In this document: positions 21,480 through 29,383 of the stretch, in pieces | Layout: each line of letters opens with the position of its first letter | Position numbering within the stretch: the first letter of the stretch is position 1 | Source: Patescibacteria group bacterium | GTDB lineage: Bacteria > Patescibacteriota > Patescibacteriia > UBA10025 > JAHIVO01 | Length of the DNA stretch: 64,000 bases | Direction of reading: 5' to 3' | Assembly: GCA_049325535.1 (NCBI GenBank) | Contig: JBMOKY010000001.1 | Span: 557,942-621,941 of the forward strand | Program-made: the position numbers and the translations under genes | Notes under the pieces: generated by a model | Database searches by the model: none | Told to the model about the DNA's origin: nothing | Seen by the model: only the letters and a program-made list of their open reading frames with translations

Positions 21480-22196
21480 ATGCCCTACATCAAAAAGAAA
21501 AAAATCTGGCTTTCTCCAACGGGCCTTGAGAGCGCAAAACGTTGTCCCCGGTGTTTTTGGCTTCAGTACCGGAAAAAACTACGGCAGCCCGAAGGTATTG
21601 TTTCTCGGCTGGCGAACAGATTTGATGTTATAATCAAGCAATACTTCGATCTCTATCGGCCTCTGGGTGAGATCCCACCGCTCTTGCAGGGCAAAGTGGC
21701 AGGCACACTACAGCACCCTTTTCAGGAGGCTTATTTTTATCATCATGATGATGATTATGGATTGATGGGCAAATTGGACGAGTGCCTGGTGACCAGCGAC
21801 GGCCACTATACCCCAGTGGACCACAAAACCTCCAGCTCAGATCCAAACGATCGTCCGTTGATTCCAGCATACCAAATGCAACTCGACACCTATGCTTTTC
21901 TCCTGGATCGCAATAATCGTCCATCGAGTGGCATTGGCCATTTGCTATACTTTTTTCCGGCAACAGCCAAAGATCTCCATAACCGATTTCCGATGCAAAT
22001 AACTCTGAAGACGCTGAAGACGGACCCTGAAAATTGCCTGGCCGCATTCAAACACGCCGTCTCCGTTCTAGAAAAACCCATGCCCACACCTTCTGCCGAC
22101 TGCCCGTTCTGCACCTGGCATACCCAGTACACCGAAATGACCAACAGTGCTCCGCCCGCACTAAAGAAAAAGAAGAAGGGGACTCTGCCGTTTTAG
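21480..22196 (+). CDS. PD-(D/E)XK nuclease family protein (RecB/Cas4-like fold)
   Basis: 'LSPT...CPRCFW', 'GKLDE...VDHKT', 'QLDTY', C-terminal 'CPFC'. Confidence 0.85.
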   Translation: MPYIKKKKIWLSPTGLESAKRCPRCFWLQYRKKLRQPEGIVSRLANRFDVIIKQYFDLYRPLGEIPPLLQGKVAGTLQHPFQEAYFYHHDDDYGLMGKLDECLVTSDGHYTPVDHKTSSSDPNDRPLIPAYQMQLDTYAFLLDRNNRPSSGIGHLLYFFPATAKDLHNRFPMQITLKTLKTDPENCLAAFKHAVSVLEKPMPTPSADCPFCTWHTQYTEMTNSAPPALKKKKKGTLPF

Positions 22197-22223
22197 ACAG
22201 CGACGCATCACTTTTGCATAACT

Positions 22224-22257
22224 AAAAAAGACTCTCCAGTGACGGTGAGTCTTTTTT
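22224..22257. terminator. Bidirectional intrinsic terminator between nuclease and HU genes
   Basis: AAAAAAGACTC...GAGTCTTTTTT between convergent genes. Confidence 0.65.
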
Positions 22258-22268
22258 ATTTTAGTCAG

Positions 22269-22550
22269 CTAGAGAATCGCTTCTTTCGCGGCTTTGGCGA
22301 CGCGGAATTTCACGACTGTCTTGGCCGGAATCTGGATGGTTTGACCCGTCGCAGGATTGCGGCCTTGGCGTGCGGCGCGGTGTTTTTTCACCAGCTTCCC
22401 GAGACCGGGAACGGTGAATTCACCCGACGACTTAACTTCGCCATAGGCGGTCTCGACGAGAAGATCCATCATGCTGCCTACCTCTTTTTTGGAGAGGCCG
22501 GATTTCTCGGCAAGGTGAGCCATGAGCTGAGACTTTGTCATCTTTGCCAT
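22269..22550 (-). CDS. hup: HU family DNA-binding protein
   Basis: 'MTKSQL', 'ARQGRNPATGQTIQIPAKTVVKFR'. Confidence 0.95.
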   Translation of the reverse strand: MAKMTKSQLMAHLAEKSGLSKKEVGSMMDLLVETAYGEVKSSGEFTVPGLGKLVKKHRAARQGRNPATGQTIQIPAKTVVKFRVAKAAKEAIL

Positions 22551-22808
22551 GGTTTTTTTACCGTTAATGGTAAACTTGGTAAAGACCTTTCATAGCCAAG
22601 TATACCATGAGCATAAAGAAAAACCAATGTTTATGGGGCTAAAATAGCTGTGGATAATCAGATGTCTATAAGAAAACAAACCAAAAATTGATATATAAGG
22701 CTAAAGTTAGCCAAAATATCACTTTTAGCCCTATCCCTTAACATTTAAAATTTTTTACCGAATTTCGCACTGTGATATACTAAAATCATCAACTAACCGA
22801 AAAATGAC

Positions 22809-23072
22809 ATGGATGACAATACTTTCAAAGAAGAGATAAAAATAAGCGGCGATCAACTGGTAGAAACCGTCAAGAAACTGGTGCATGAAGCAAACGTCCG
22901 TAAATTGATTATCAAAGATGAAGCGGGAAAAACCTTGATGGAGATTCCAGTATCAGTCGCGTCCATAGGAGCGATCATTTTACCGGTATTGGCAGCGCTC
23001 GGGGCGCTTGCTGCTTTAGTCACGAATTGTAGCATCGAAATCGTAAAGGTAAAAAATAATACTCAGGCGTAA
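22809..23072 (+). CDS. DUF4342-family protein
   Basis: 'VKKLVHEANVRKLII...EIPV...ALGALAAL'. Confidence 0.8.
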   Translation: MDDNTFKEEIKISGDQLVETVKKLVHEANVRKLIIKDEAGKTLMEIPVSVASIGAIILPVLAALGALAALVTNCSIEIVKVKNNTQA

Positions 23073-23148
23073 CGGTACTTTTGTTCTAGTTTTTTTGAGT
23101 AACAGCTCTTTCACAGGGCAATGCCCGTTTTAAGGAGGCGGGTGATTT

Positions 23149-23478
23149 ATGGACTTCGCAGTATACGTATTGGGAGCATCGGTTTTTTGTTTCTTTCTGG
23201 CGATACTCGCCCAAGGATTCAAAGAGCCAAAGACGAGAATGCACGCATTGGCCAGCAATTCCGAATTGCCGGAGATTGCTGAACGCCACTACAATCGCGT
23301 TCGAAATTTCCAGAGATTTTGCATGTGGGCCGGCGTCGTGCTGATTGTGGCTGCCGCTGCCACGTTCATTATCCCGCGCTGGGATAATCTCCAGCGCAAT
23401 CTCAATAAGGGTAAACAAACTTCCAGTTTGATTCAGCCCTCGACAGGCCAGCATGTGCTGGCCTCTTGTTATAATTGA
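23149..23478 (+). CDS. Orphan small membrane protein (2 TM)
   Basis: AAGGAGG at 23132-23138; two hydrophobic segments. Confidence 0.65.
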   Translation: MDFAVYVLGASVFCFFLAILAQGFKEPKTRMHALASNSELPEIAERHYNRVRNFQRFCMWAGVVLIVAAAATFIIPRWDNLQRNLNKGKQTSSLIQPSTGQHVLASCYN

Positions 23479-23536
23479 CCAAACATCACCAGGTACCGTA
23501 CAATACCCATGAACCCATTCGCGATAGGAGGCACGC

Positions 23537-23857
23537 ATGCTCATTCAAATTGAACTTTCTCGGGAGGCGGCGCTGGTTATTGCGAATCAAGATCTGGACG
23601 TTTCTGTCGTCGGCCCCATTCATAATCAGTGTATTGCCAGTGTGAAAACGCTAAGCGGCAGCATGGTATTTTCAGTTGCTATGCCCGACGTCCTTGCCGA
23701 AGAGCTTCGTCAGGGAGTCAGCGCAATTCTCAATCGTTCGCGCGATCTGGTTCGTTCATCCGATTGGGATGGACTTGGATTAGTTATCCGACTGGATAAC
23801 GAAGTATCAGTCCGCCGCAGCTCAGTGCGCGAAGCGCTTAACATGAAGCGAAACTAG
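23537..23857 (+). CDS. Orphan hypothetical protein
   Basis: AGGAGG at 23526-23531; terminator downstream. Confidence 0.65.
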   Translation: MLIQIELSREAALVIANQDLDVSVVGPIHNQCIASVKTLSGSMVFSVAMPDVLAEELRQGVSAILNRSRDLVRSSDWDGLGLVIRLDNEVSVRRSSVREALNMKRN

Positions 23858-23882
23858 AAAGAGTGTTTCTCGACGCACAAAA

Positions 23883-23971
23883 CACACCGCCGTACGGTTT
23901 TACACCAACGGCGGTCCTTTTTTTCGTTGATCAAAAAAACACCCCGCCAAACCGTTTGGAATGGCGGGGGA
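23883..23971. terminator. Back-to-back intrinsic terminators of convergent orphan genes
   Basis: ACCGCCGT...ACGGCGGTC-T7 (+), then A7-CACCCCGCCA...TGGCGGGG (- strand terminator). Confidence 0.75.
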
Positions 23972-23995
23972 GCCGTTTAGCTTTTCTCTGAAGCT

Positions 23996-24691
23996 TTACA
24001 TCAGGTTCATCTGATCAAGCCGCTCGAAGTACGAGCGAACATCAGCATCGCTGATGAGGTAGCCCGTCGACTGGTAGGTCCGAAATCGGACAAATTCACC
24101 TGGCATCAGGTCATACTGCGATGCTCCATCGAAGTCACTCAATGGAAACGTCGGCTGCAGGCGAGCTGCATACGGGATGATAGCTGGCAAGCTCTCCAGC
24201 GGTAGTTGTCTTGCCTGATACAGATGCATCAGCGACGACAGCGTCGAGGCATACGACCGTGTCAGGTGGAACGGGCAAGATATATTGATTGCCACCTTGA
24301 CATCGAGCTCCAGACACTGTTCGGCCATCCAGTCAGCCTGCTGCTGGGTGTAGAGTGGCGCATCTTGTTGGATCGGAATCTGATCGGTCGGCCGGAAATT
24401 GAACGGCTCGTTCAGCAACATGTCGCGGTTGAGCCGGACATACCCATCACGTCCGTAGAAAAACGGATGCACTCCACCGATGATCAGCTTGGTGAACTGC
24501 GGAGAGCTGTGATACAGGTCAATAGCGTCTCCCATGCGTGCCGGGCCATGAAATCCAGGATAGATTATCATGGAATCAGCTGACTGGGGGATATGCCTAG
24601 ACCAGCTCAAGATGGCCATCTGGATGATTGCCAAAGCCTGGTCATCATTCGGCTGAATGATCCGCGGGATAGCTGTCTGTGGAATAGCCAC
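23996..24691 (-). CDS. YdcF/DUF218-like protein
   Basis: 'TQQQADWM...ISCPFHLTRS' resembles the DUF218 motif; GTG 24691 preferred because GGAGG lies 7 nt upstream and the track's TTG start lies within the -35 box. Confidence 0.6.
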   Translation of the reverse strand: MAIPQTAIPRIIQPNDDQALAIIQMAILSWSRHIPQSADSMIIYPGFHGPARMGDAIDLYHSSPQFTKLIIGGVHPFFYGRDGYVRLNRDMLLNEPFNFRPTDQIPIQQDAPLYTQQQADWMAEQCLELDVKVAINISCPFHLTRSYASTLSSLMHLYQARQLPLESLPAIIPYAARLQPTFPLSDFDGASQYDLMPGEFVRFRTYQSTGYLISDADVRSYFERLDQMNLM

Positions 24692-24740
24692 TGTAGTACC
24701 TCCAAAGAAAGTTGAAAAAAGATCAAAAATATTTCCGGCA

Positions 24741-24769
24741 AGTGTAGCAACAGATAGCAGTTTTGTCAA
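24741..24769 (-). promoter_or_regulatory. sigma70 promoter of the DUF218-like gene
   Basis: TTGACA-17-TACACT on the - strand. Confidence 0.7.
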
Positions 24770-24807
24770 TGCATACAGGTAGAATCAAAAAAGCTCAAAA
24801 AGCCCAT

Positions 24808-24835
24808 TTGACCTGTTTTTGGCATATGCTACAAT
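24808..24835 (+). promoter_or_regulatory. sigma70 promoter of the recombinase gene
   Basis: TTGACC-16-TACAAT with extended -10 TG. Confidence 0.6.
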
Positions 24836-24844
24836 GATTATGTT

Positions 24845-24872
24845 ACTCGGTATAATATCTCTTACACCGAAT
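24845..24872. promoter_or_regulatory. dif-like tyrosine recombinase site (11-6-11)
   Basis: ACTCGGTATAA-TATCTC-TTACACCGAAT; arms are 9/11 inverted matches; TAA-N6-TTA core as in Xer dif sites; 111 bp upstream of xer. Confidence 0.72.
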
Positions 24873-24878
24873 CGCAAA

Positions 24879-24956
24879 GCGTCCTGAGCAAAGCGAAGGA
24901 GCCCCCTGCCGATAGTACAATAACCTTTGTCATTCTGAGCGTAGCGAATGAATCTC
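24879..24956 (+). repeat. Two REP-like palindromic units (CTGAGC-N3-GCGAA type)
   Basis: GCGTCCTGAGCAAAGCGAAGGA (24879-24900) and GTCATTCTGAGCGTAGCGAATGAATCTC (24929-24956). Confidence 0.55.
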
Positions 24957-24983
24957 CGCGCATCGCGGCAACAATAAACATTT

Positions 24984-25940
24984 ATGCCCAAGCAAAAGAA
25001 CCAACTACCCCATCTGGATGACTTCCTCTTGAACCTCCAGACCAATAGCTACTCCGAAAAGACCATATACAACTATGAACGTGATTTGGAGGTATTCCTG
25101 GTGTGGCTGCAGGACGAGTCCTCTAAGCCCTTCACAGGCCTCCAGAGGCGCGATATTGAGCTCTACAAGGCCTATTTGGTGTCACGCGACAGGAATACCC
25201 CCACCGGCCAAAAAGCCCCAAATAGGCTCAATTCTTACTCAATTAACCGAATGTTGTCCAGTTTTCGCACATATTTGAGGTTTTTAATCGATAATGACTA
25301 CCCCTGTCCGATTAACCCCCAAATGGTGAAGCTCACCAAGACCGCCAAACCACACCCCCAGGTAGCAGAACTCTCGGATATCGTCAGATTAATCGAATAC
25401 CCGAGTATAGCCGAGAAGGACGATAATAAGGTGGCACTCAGGAACCGGGCCATCCTGGAGGTACTTTTTGCCACTGGCCTGCGTATCTCCGAACTGGTAA
25501 GCTTAAACAAGAACCAAATCGATGCCACGGGCAAAATTTTCATTGAGGGAAAAGGACGCAAACAACGATTCGTCTATCTCACCGATCGTGCGAAGCGCAT
25601 CGTCCAAGAATATCTCAACACCCGCCGTGACTCATTTCCCGCCCTCTTCATCCCCTACCGCGGCCGTCATACCAAGTCCGGCAATGAAACGAGAATCTCA
25701 CCAGACTACATCCAGGTGAAGATAAAGGAGTACCGCGAAGCGTTAAGAATAAATGTCCCGACCTCGGCACACAGTTTACGCCACGGTTTCGCAACCTACC
25801 TAGCTGAGTCCGGCGCCAACCCAGCCGCCATCCAAATTCTGCTTGGACATGAGTCACTTGATACCACCACCCGCTACGTTAATGCATCTGATCGGTATGC
25901 TGAAAAAACTCACAAGAAGTACCACCCATTAGAAAAATAA
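24984..25940 (+). CDS. XerC/XerD-like tyrosine recombinase
   Basis: N-terminal SAM-like 'SEKTIYNYERDL'; catalytic set R (TGLRISE), K (GKGRK), HxxR (HSLRH), H (LLGH), Y (TTRY). Confidence 0.95.
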   Translation: MPKQKNQLPHLDDFLLNLQTNSYSEKTIYNYERDLEVFLVWLQDESSKPFTGLQRRDIELYKAYLVSRDRNTPTGQKAPNRLNSYSINRMLSSFRTYLRFLIDNDYPCPINPQMVKLTKTAKPHPQVAELSDIVRLIEYPSIAEKDDNKVALRNRAILEVLFATGLRISELVSLNKNQIDATGKIFIEGKGRKQRFVYLTDRAKRIVQEYLNTRRDSFPALFIPYRGRHTKSGNETRISPDYIQVKIKEYREALRINVPTSAHSLRHGFATYLAESGANPAAIQILLGHESLDTTTRYVNASDRYAEKTHKKYHPLEK

Positions 25941-26003
25941 GCATTTTACTCCGACCGAGCATTGCGAGCTTCGGAAAAGAAATATCATCCGTTGGAAAAA
26001 TGA
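25914..26003 (+). repeat. Imperfect in-frame direct repeat of the recombinase 3' end (KKYHPLEK*)
   Basis: 25914-25940 versus 25977-26003: 21/27 nt identical, all differences synonymous. Confidence 0.85.
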
Positions 26004-26419
26004 CAAACGTTTCACTGGAACAATTCAAACTAATTGATCAGATTGATATATGCATTGATGAAATTAACCTACTGAAAGAAGTCTATGATGACACGCTAGC
26101 GAAGAAAAGCGTCACAGAAAAAGACTTCGTAACGATTATTGCACTAAATAAATCCATATTTACTGATATCGGCACGTTATTTGATCTGGACAGACGATCG
26201 GTTTCTTTATTCCAATTGTTTGGAAATTTGGTAATTGAAAAATGGATAAAGAAATTCAAAATTAAGGGTGTGTTGGACAGAAGGAACAAACAAGTAGCCC
26301 ACATAGACAGAAAAGAACTGGAAGGCAGAAAACTAACCCCGATGCTAATTAGAGATATTATTGAATTAAAGGAATTCCTACTTTTTCTAAAAAAAGAAAT
26401 AAACCAGCTGAAAAGCTGA
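26000..26419 (+). CDS. Putative HEPN-domain protein (AbiU2-like)
   Basis: 'RNKQVAH' Rx5H motif, upstream 'LFDLDRRSVSL'; all-helical appearance; AT-rich. Confidence 0.6.
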   Translation: MTNVSLEQFKLIDQIDICIDEINLLKEVYDDTLAKKSVTEKDFVTIIALNKSIFTDIGTLFDLDRRSVSLFQLFGNLVIEKWIKKFKIKGVLDRRNKQVAHIDRKELEGRKLTPMLIRDIIELKEFLLFLKKEINQLKS

Positions 26420-26459
26420 ACGGAACATTTATTATTCTTTTAGTTCGTATTAAGCAGCT

Positions 26460-26726
26460 ATGCCCACCATCGAACAACTTGAACAAGAAATAAACCAAAT
26501 CAAAGAACGCAATCAAAAGGTTGAGGCGGACAAGGCATGGGAAACTAGCTTGGCGCGCAAGCTAATTATTCTGGTGCTCACGTATGTGGTGATCGTAATT
26601 TTCTTTTACATTGCCAAACTTCCTCGTCCCTGGATCAACGCCATTGTACCAGCAGTGGCGTTTGTATTGTCCACACTGACGTTATCGCTGTTTAAACGTG
26701 TGTGGATAAAAAAACAAACAAAATGA
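26460..26726 (+). CDS. Small membrane protein (coiled coil plus 2 TM)
   Basis: 'IKERNQKVEADKAWETS' followed by two hydrophobic helices. Confidence 0.75.
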   Translation: MPTIEQLEQEINQIKERNQKVEADKAWETSLARKLIILVLTYVVIVIFFYIAKLPRPWINAIVPAVAFVLSTLTLSLFKRVWIKKQTK

Positions 26727-27136
26727 AAATCCTTATTAGCGGATCAATGCAATTCAGCGAAAAGATGCTTGAGGTAAAACAACAGCTCGAGGCTTTGGGT
26801 TATACCGCATTGGTGTCAAAATTTATTGAGCATTACATCGGTAAGGACGAAGCTGAAAAAGAAGGACTGAAACTCAAACATAAATACGAAGAAGACGCCA
26901 TTCGTGAGTATTGGGATCTGATGCAGGATGTAGACGCGTTGCTGGTATTAAATTACGACAAGCATGACATTAAAAACTACGTGGGGGGAAACGCCTTTCT
27001 TGAAATGGGTTTCGCCCATGTTCTGTATAAACCGATTTACCTATTAAACCCCATACCCACAATCCCCTATTACGGTACGGAAATCATAGCCCTAAAGCCA
27101 GTGGTGATTGACGGGAATTTACAGAGGATACAGTGA
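26723..27136 (+). CDS. Nucleoside 2-deoxyribosyltransferase-like protein
   Basis: 'ISGSM', 'DALLVLN...YVGGNAFLEMGFA...KPIYLLN'. Confidence 0.7.
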   Translation: MKILISGSMQFSEKMLEVKQQLEALGYTALVSKFIEHYIGKDEAEKEGLKLKHKYEEDAIREYWDLMQDVDALLVLNYDKHDIKNYVGGNAFLEMGFAHVLYKPIYLLNPIPTIPYYGTEIIALKPVVIDGNLQRIQ

Positions 27137-27157
27137 CACACTTGATAAAAGGGATCC

Positions 27158-27625
27158 ATGAATGATTTTACACAAGCATTAAAGAAAGAAAAAACGAGAC
27201 AAATGATACAGTCTTTGTTGTACCGATTGATTTATTTAGTTGTATCAGCACCGGTCGTACATTATTTTTTTAATGTAGATAGTGGAATCGCGACAGGAGC
27301 CGAAGAAATAGAACAAGAATTTATATTTATTATTGTAAGTGTCGCTGTCATATTTGCGATTGCCTGGATTCCAGGAATTTTAGAAATGATATATTCCAGG
27401 CAAAGAAAAGAAATAGAAACACTTTTTGAAAAGAACAACATTGAAGCTCCACCCTGGGCGGTACCACATGTTTGCCTCACGTTATATATCGCTACCCTAG
27501 CACTTGCCATTCAATACCCATTTGTTGGGTGGATTATTTGGATTATCACTATTGTGTACTCTGAGATATATTATTATAAAAAGCGTGAAGCTATTAATTT
27601 ACTTGCTCATGCACTCAGTGAATAA
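27158..27625 (+). CDS. Hypothetical membrane protein (paralogue of next gene)
   Basis: About 4 TM, AT-rich, similar termini to 27655-28047. Confidence 0.7.
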   Translation: MNDFTQALKKEKTRQMIQSLLYRLIYLVVSAPVVHYFFNVDSGIATGAEEIEQEFIFIIVSVAVIFAIAWIPGILEMIYSRQRKEIETLFEKNNIEAPPWAVPHVCLTLYIATLALAIQYPFVGWIIWIITIVYSEIYYYKKREAINLLAHALSE

Positions 27626-27654
27626 TAATCACTTGCTAGCTCTTAAATTACCGT

Positions 27655-28047
27655 ATGACTACAAAAAAACGTAACTTTATTTTTGGTCTAGCAATTCGAA
27701 TATTATATATTATACTTTCAATACCACTAGTTTTGCATATACCTGGTAATAGTGGTGTTCCCTATGATTCGACCAAGTATTTCTTCACTTTGGGTTTAGT
27801 TGGCATGGGTATTGTCGCGATAACGATTGATAAAATTAGATTACAAGCGCCTCCCCTAAAGAAACAAAAATCGCCCGTGGTGCTCAAGCTAAGTGATTGG
27901 TTAGTGCCTATAATCAGTTTTATTTTGTTCATGATAATACTTTTTTACATTATTGAATGGCCTATTTTAGCATGGGCTCTATTTCTGCTATACATTGCCA
28001 TCAATGAAATCTACTTGTTTAAACGGTCACGACGATCATTGCCATAA
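27655..28047 (+). CDS. Hypothetical membrane protein (paralogue of previous gene)
   Basis: About 4 TM, AT-rich. Confidence 0.7.
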   Translation: MTTKKRNFIFGLAIRILYIILSIPLVLHIPGNSGVPYDSTKYFFTLGLVGMGIVAITIDKIRLQAPPLKKQKSPVVLKLSDWLVPIISFILFMIILFYIIEWPILAWALFLLYIAINEIYLFKRSRRSLP

Positions 28048-28083
28048 ACCAATGGTAATTGACAGAGATTTTAAACAATAATA

Positions 28084-28143
28084 TCCTCATGCTGAATTTA
28101 TTTCAGCATCTCAGGAGATCCCGAAACGAGTTCGGGATGAGGA
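28084..28143. repeat. Composite REP-like palindromic element
   Basis: Outer TCCTCAT/ATGAGGA overlapping hairpins ATGCTGAA-TTTAT-TTCAGCAT and ATCCCGAA-ACGAG-TTCGGGAT; overlaps a TTGACA-17-TATCCT promoter (28059-28087). Confidence 0.75.
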
Positions 28144-28155
28144 GTGGTTACTAAT

Positions 28156-28620
28156 ATGAATATCATCAAAGCCACCCTGGAACACAAAACCCCCGCGCTG
28201 ACATTACTCGACGAATTCCGAACCAATGTCATGCGCCAGGAAAATCCGCAGTCAACAGTGGTATCAACCGACGCCATGGAAAAAGGCAGTGCGGTGTACG
28301 CTGAAGTAGTACAGTCAAACGACGGGGCCATATTTCTCGCACAAGATGGGAATGAGTTTGTGGGGATTATTACCATTTATCGCTTCCCACGTGTGCGAGC
28401 CGGAACGTATTATGCTGAAATTGAGGAAATGTTTGTCCGACCTGAATATCATGGAAAAGGTGTGGCGCAAGAATTAGTGCAAGCTGCCACGACCTGGGCC
28501 AAGGAAAACGGTGCTGAAACTATCACTACCAAAAGTGGTGAGAAACTAGCCCGCGCCCATGCATTTTACGAAAAGATTGGATTTCGAGTTTACGGAAAAG
28601 CATTTAAAAAACTGCTCTAA
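28156..28620 (+). CDS. GNAT family N-acetyltransferase
   Basis: 'MFVRPEYHGKGVA', 'AHAFYEKIGF'. Confidence 0.9.
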   Translation: MNIIKATLEHKTPALTLLDEFRTNVMRQENPQSTVVSTDAMEKGSAVYAEVVQSNDGAIFLAQDGNEFVGIITIYRFPRVRAGTYYAEIEEMFVRPEYHGKGVAQELVQAATTWAKENGAETITTKSGEKLARAHAFYEKIGFRVYGKAFKKLL

Positions 28621-28638
28621 TCTGTCATTTCGACTGAA

Positions 28639-29382
28639 GTGAAACTCAAAGAAACATTTAGCACTATTCCCGAGCAATACGACAAGGCGCGACTGGATTA
28701 TCCACCGCAGATGTTTCGGGATTTGCTCAAATACAGTCAGCTGAAAAAAACCAGTCCAATTCTTGAAATCGGCATTGGCACGGGAAAAGCGAGTAAACCG
28801 CTGGTTCGCCGTGGTAATTCGTTTGTGGCCAACGATTTAAGTAAAGAATTGGTAGGAATCGCCAAACGCAATCTAAAACGCTACAAAAAAGCTAGATATG
28901 TCATTGGACCTTTTGAAAACGTACGTTTGCCCAAAAACCACTTTGGATTAATCTACTCCGCACAAACCTTCCACTGGATAAAGCCCAGTATCCAATTTTC
29001 CAAAACCCACAGTCTGCTCAAACCAGGTGGCACGCTCGCACTCATGTGGAACTTCAATTATTACGATCGCGGCATAGGAAAATGGGCGTTGCAATTGCAT
29101 AAAAAGTACTCTTCGGCAAAAGGCGGAAAAGCAAACGAGATTATTGAACGATTACGACGGCATCCAAATTTTTCTCATGCGACACTGAAGGAGTACCATC
29201 GAGTCATCCCCATGACTAAAGACGACTACATCAGCATGCAAACTTCTTTTTCATGGTACTTAACACTGTCGGCAATAAGAAAACAACAAGCATTAAACGA
29301 AATTATCCAGCAATTAAAACGCTATCCTCGAAAGCTTCGCATACCTATTCGAACTAAATTAGTCATGGCAAAAAAGAAATAA
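28639..29382 (+). CDS. Class I SAM-dependent methyltransferase
   Basis: 'YDKARLDYP', 'ILEIGIGTG', 'AQTFHW', 'LKPGG'. Confidence 0.9.
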   Translation: MKLKETFSTIPEQYDKARLDYPPQMFRDLLKYSQLKKTSPILEIGIGTGKASKPLVRRGNSFVANDLSKELVGIAKRNLKRYKKARYVIGPFENVRLPKNHFGLIYSAQTFHWIKPSIQFSKTHSLLKPGGTLALMWNFNYYDRGIGKWALQLHKKYSSAKGGKANEIIERLRRHPNFSHATLKEYHRVIPMTKDDYISMQTSFSWYLTLSAIRKQQALNEIIQQLKRYPRKLRIPIRTKLVMAKKK

Positions 29383-29383
29383 T

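Noticed and set aside
21480-22196. Cas4 / CRISPR system
   Set aside because: It is a solo PD-(D/E)XK nuclease; no cas1, cas2 or repeat-spacer array was seen in the window.
22239-22595. + strand 118-aa ORF
   Set aside because: It is the antisense shadow of the clear HU gene.
22551-22808. oriC candidate (AT-rich with a DnaA box)
   Set aside because: It has only one perfect box, no dnaA/dnaN nearby, and a dif-like site 2 kb away; divergent promoters explain the region.
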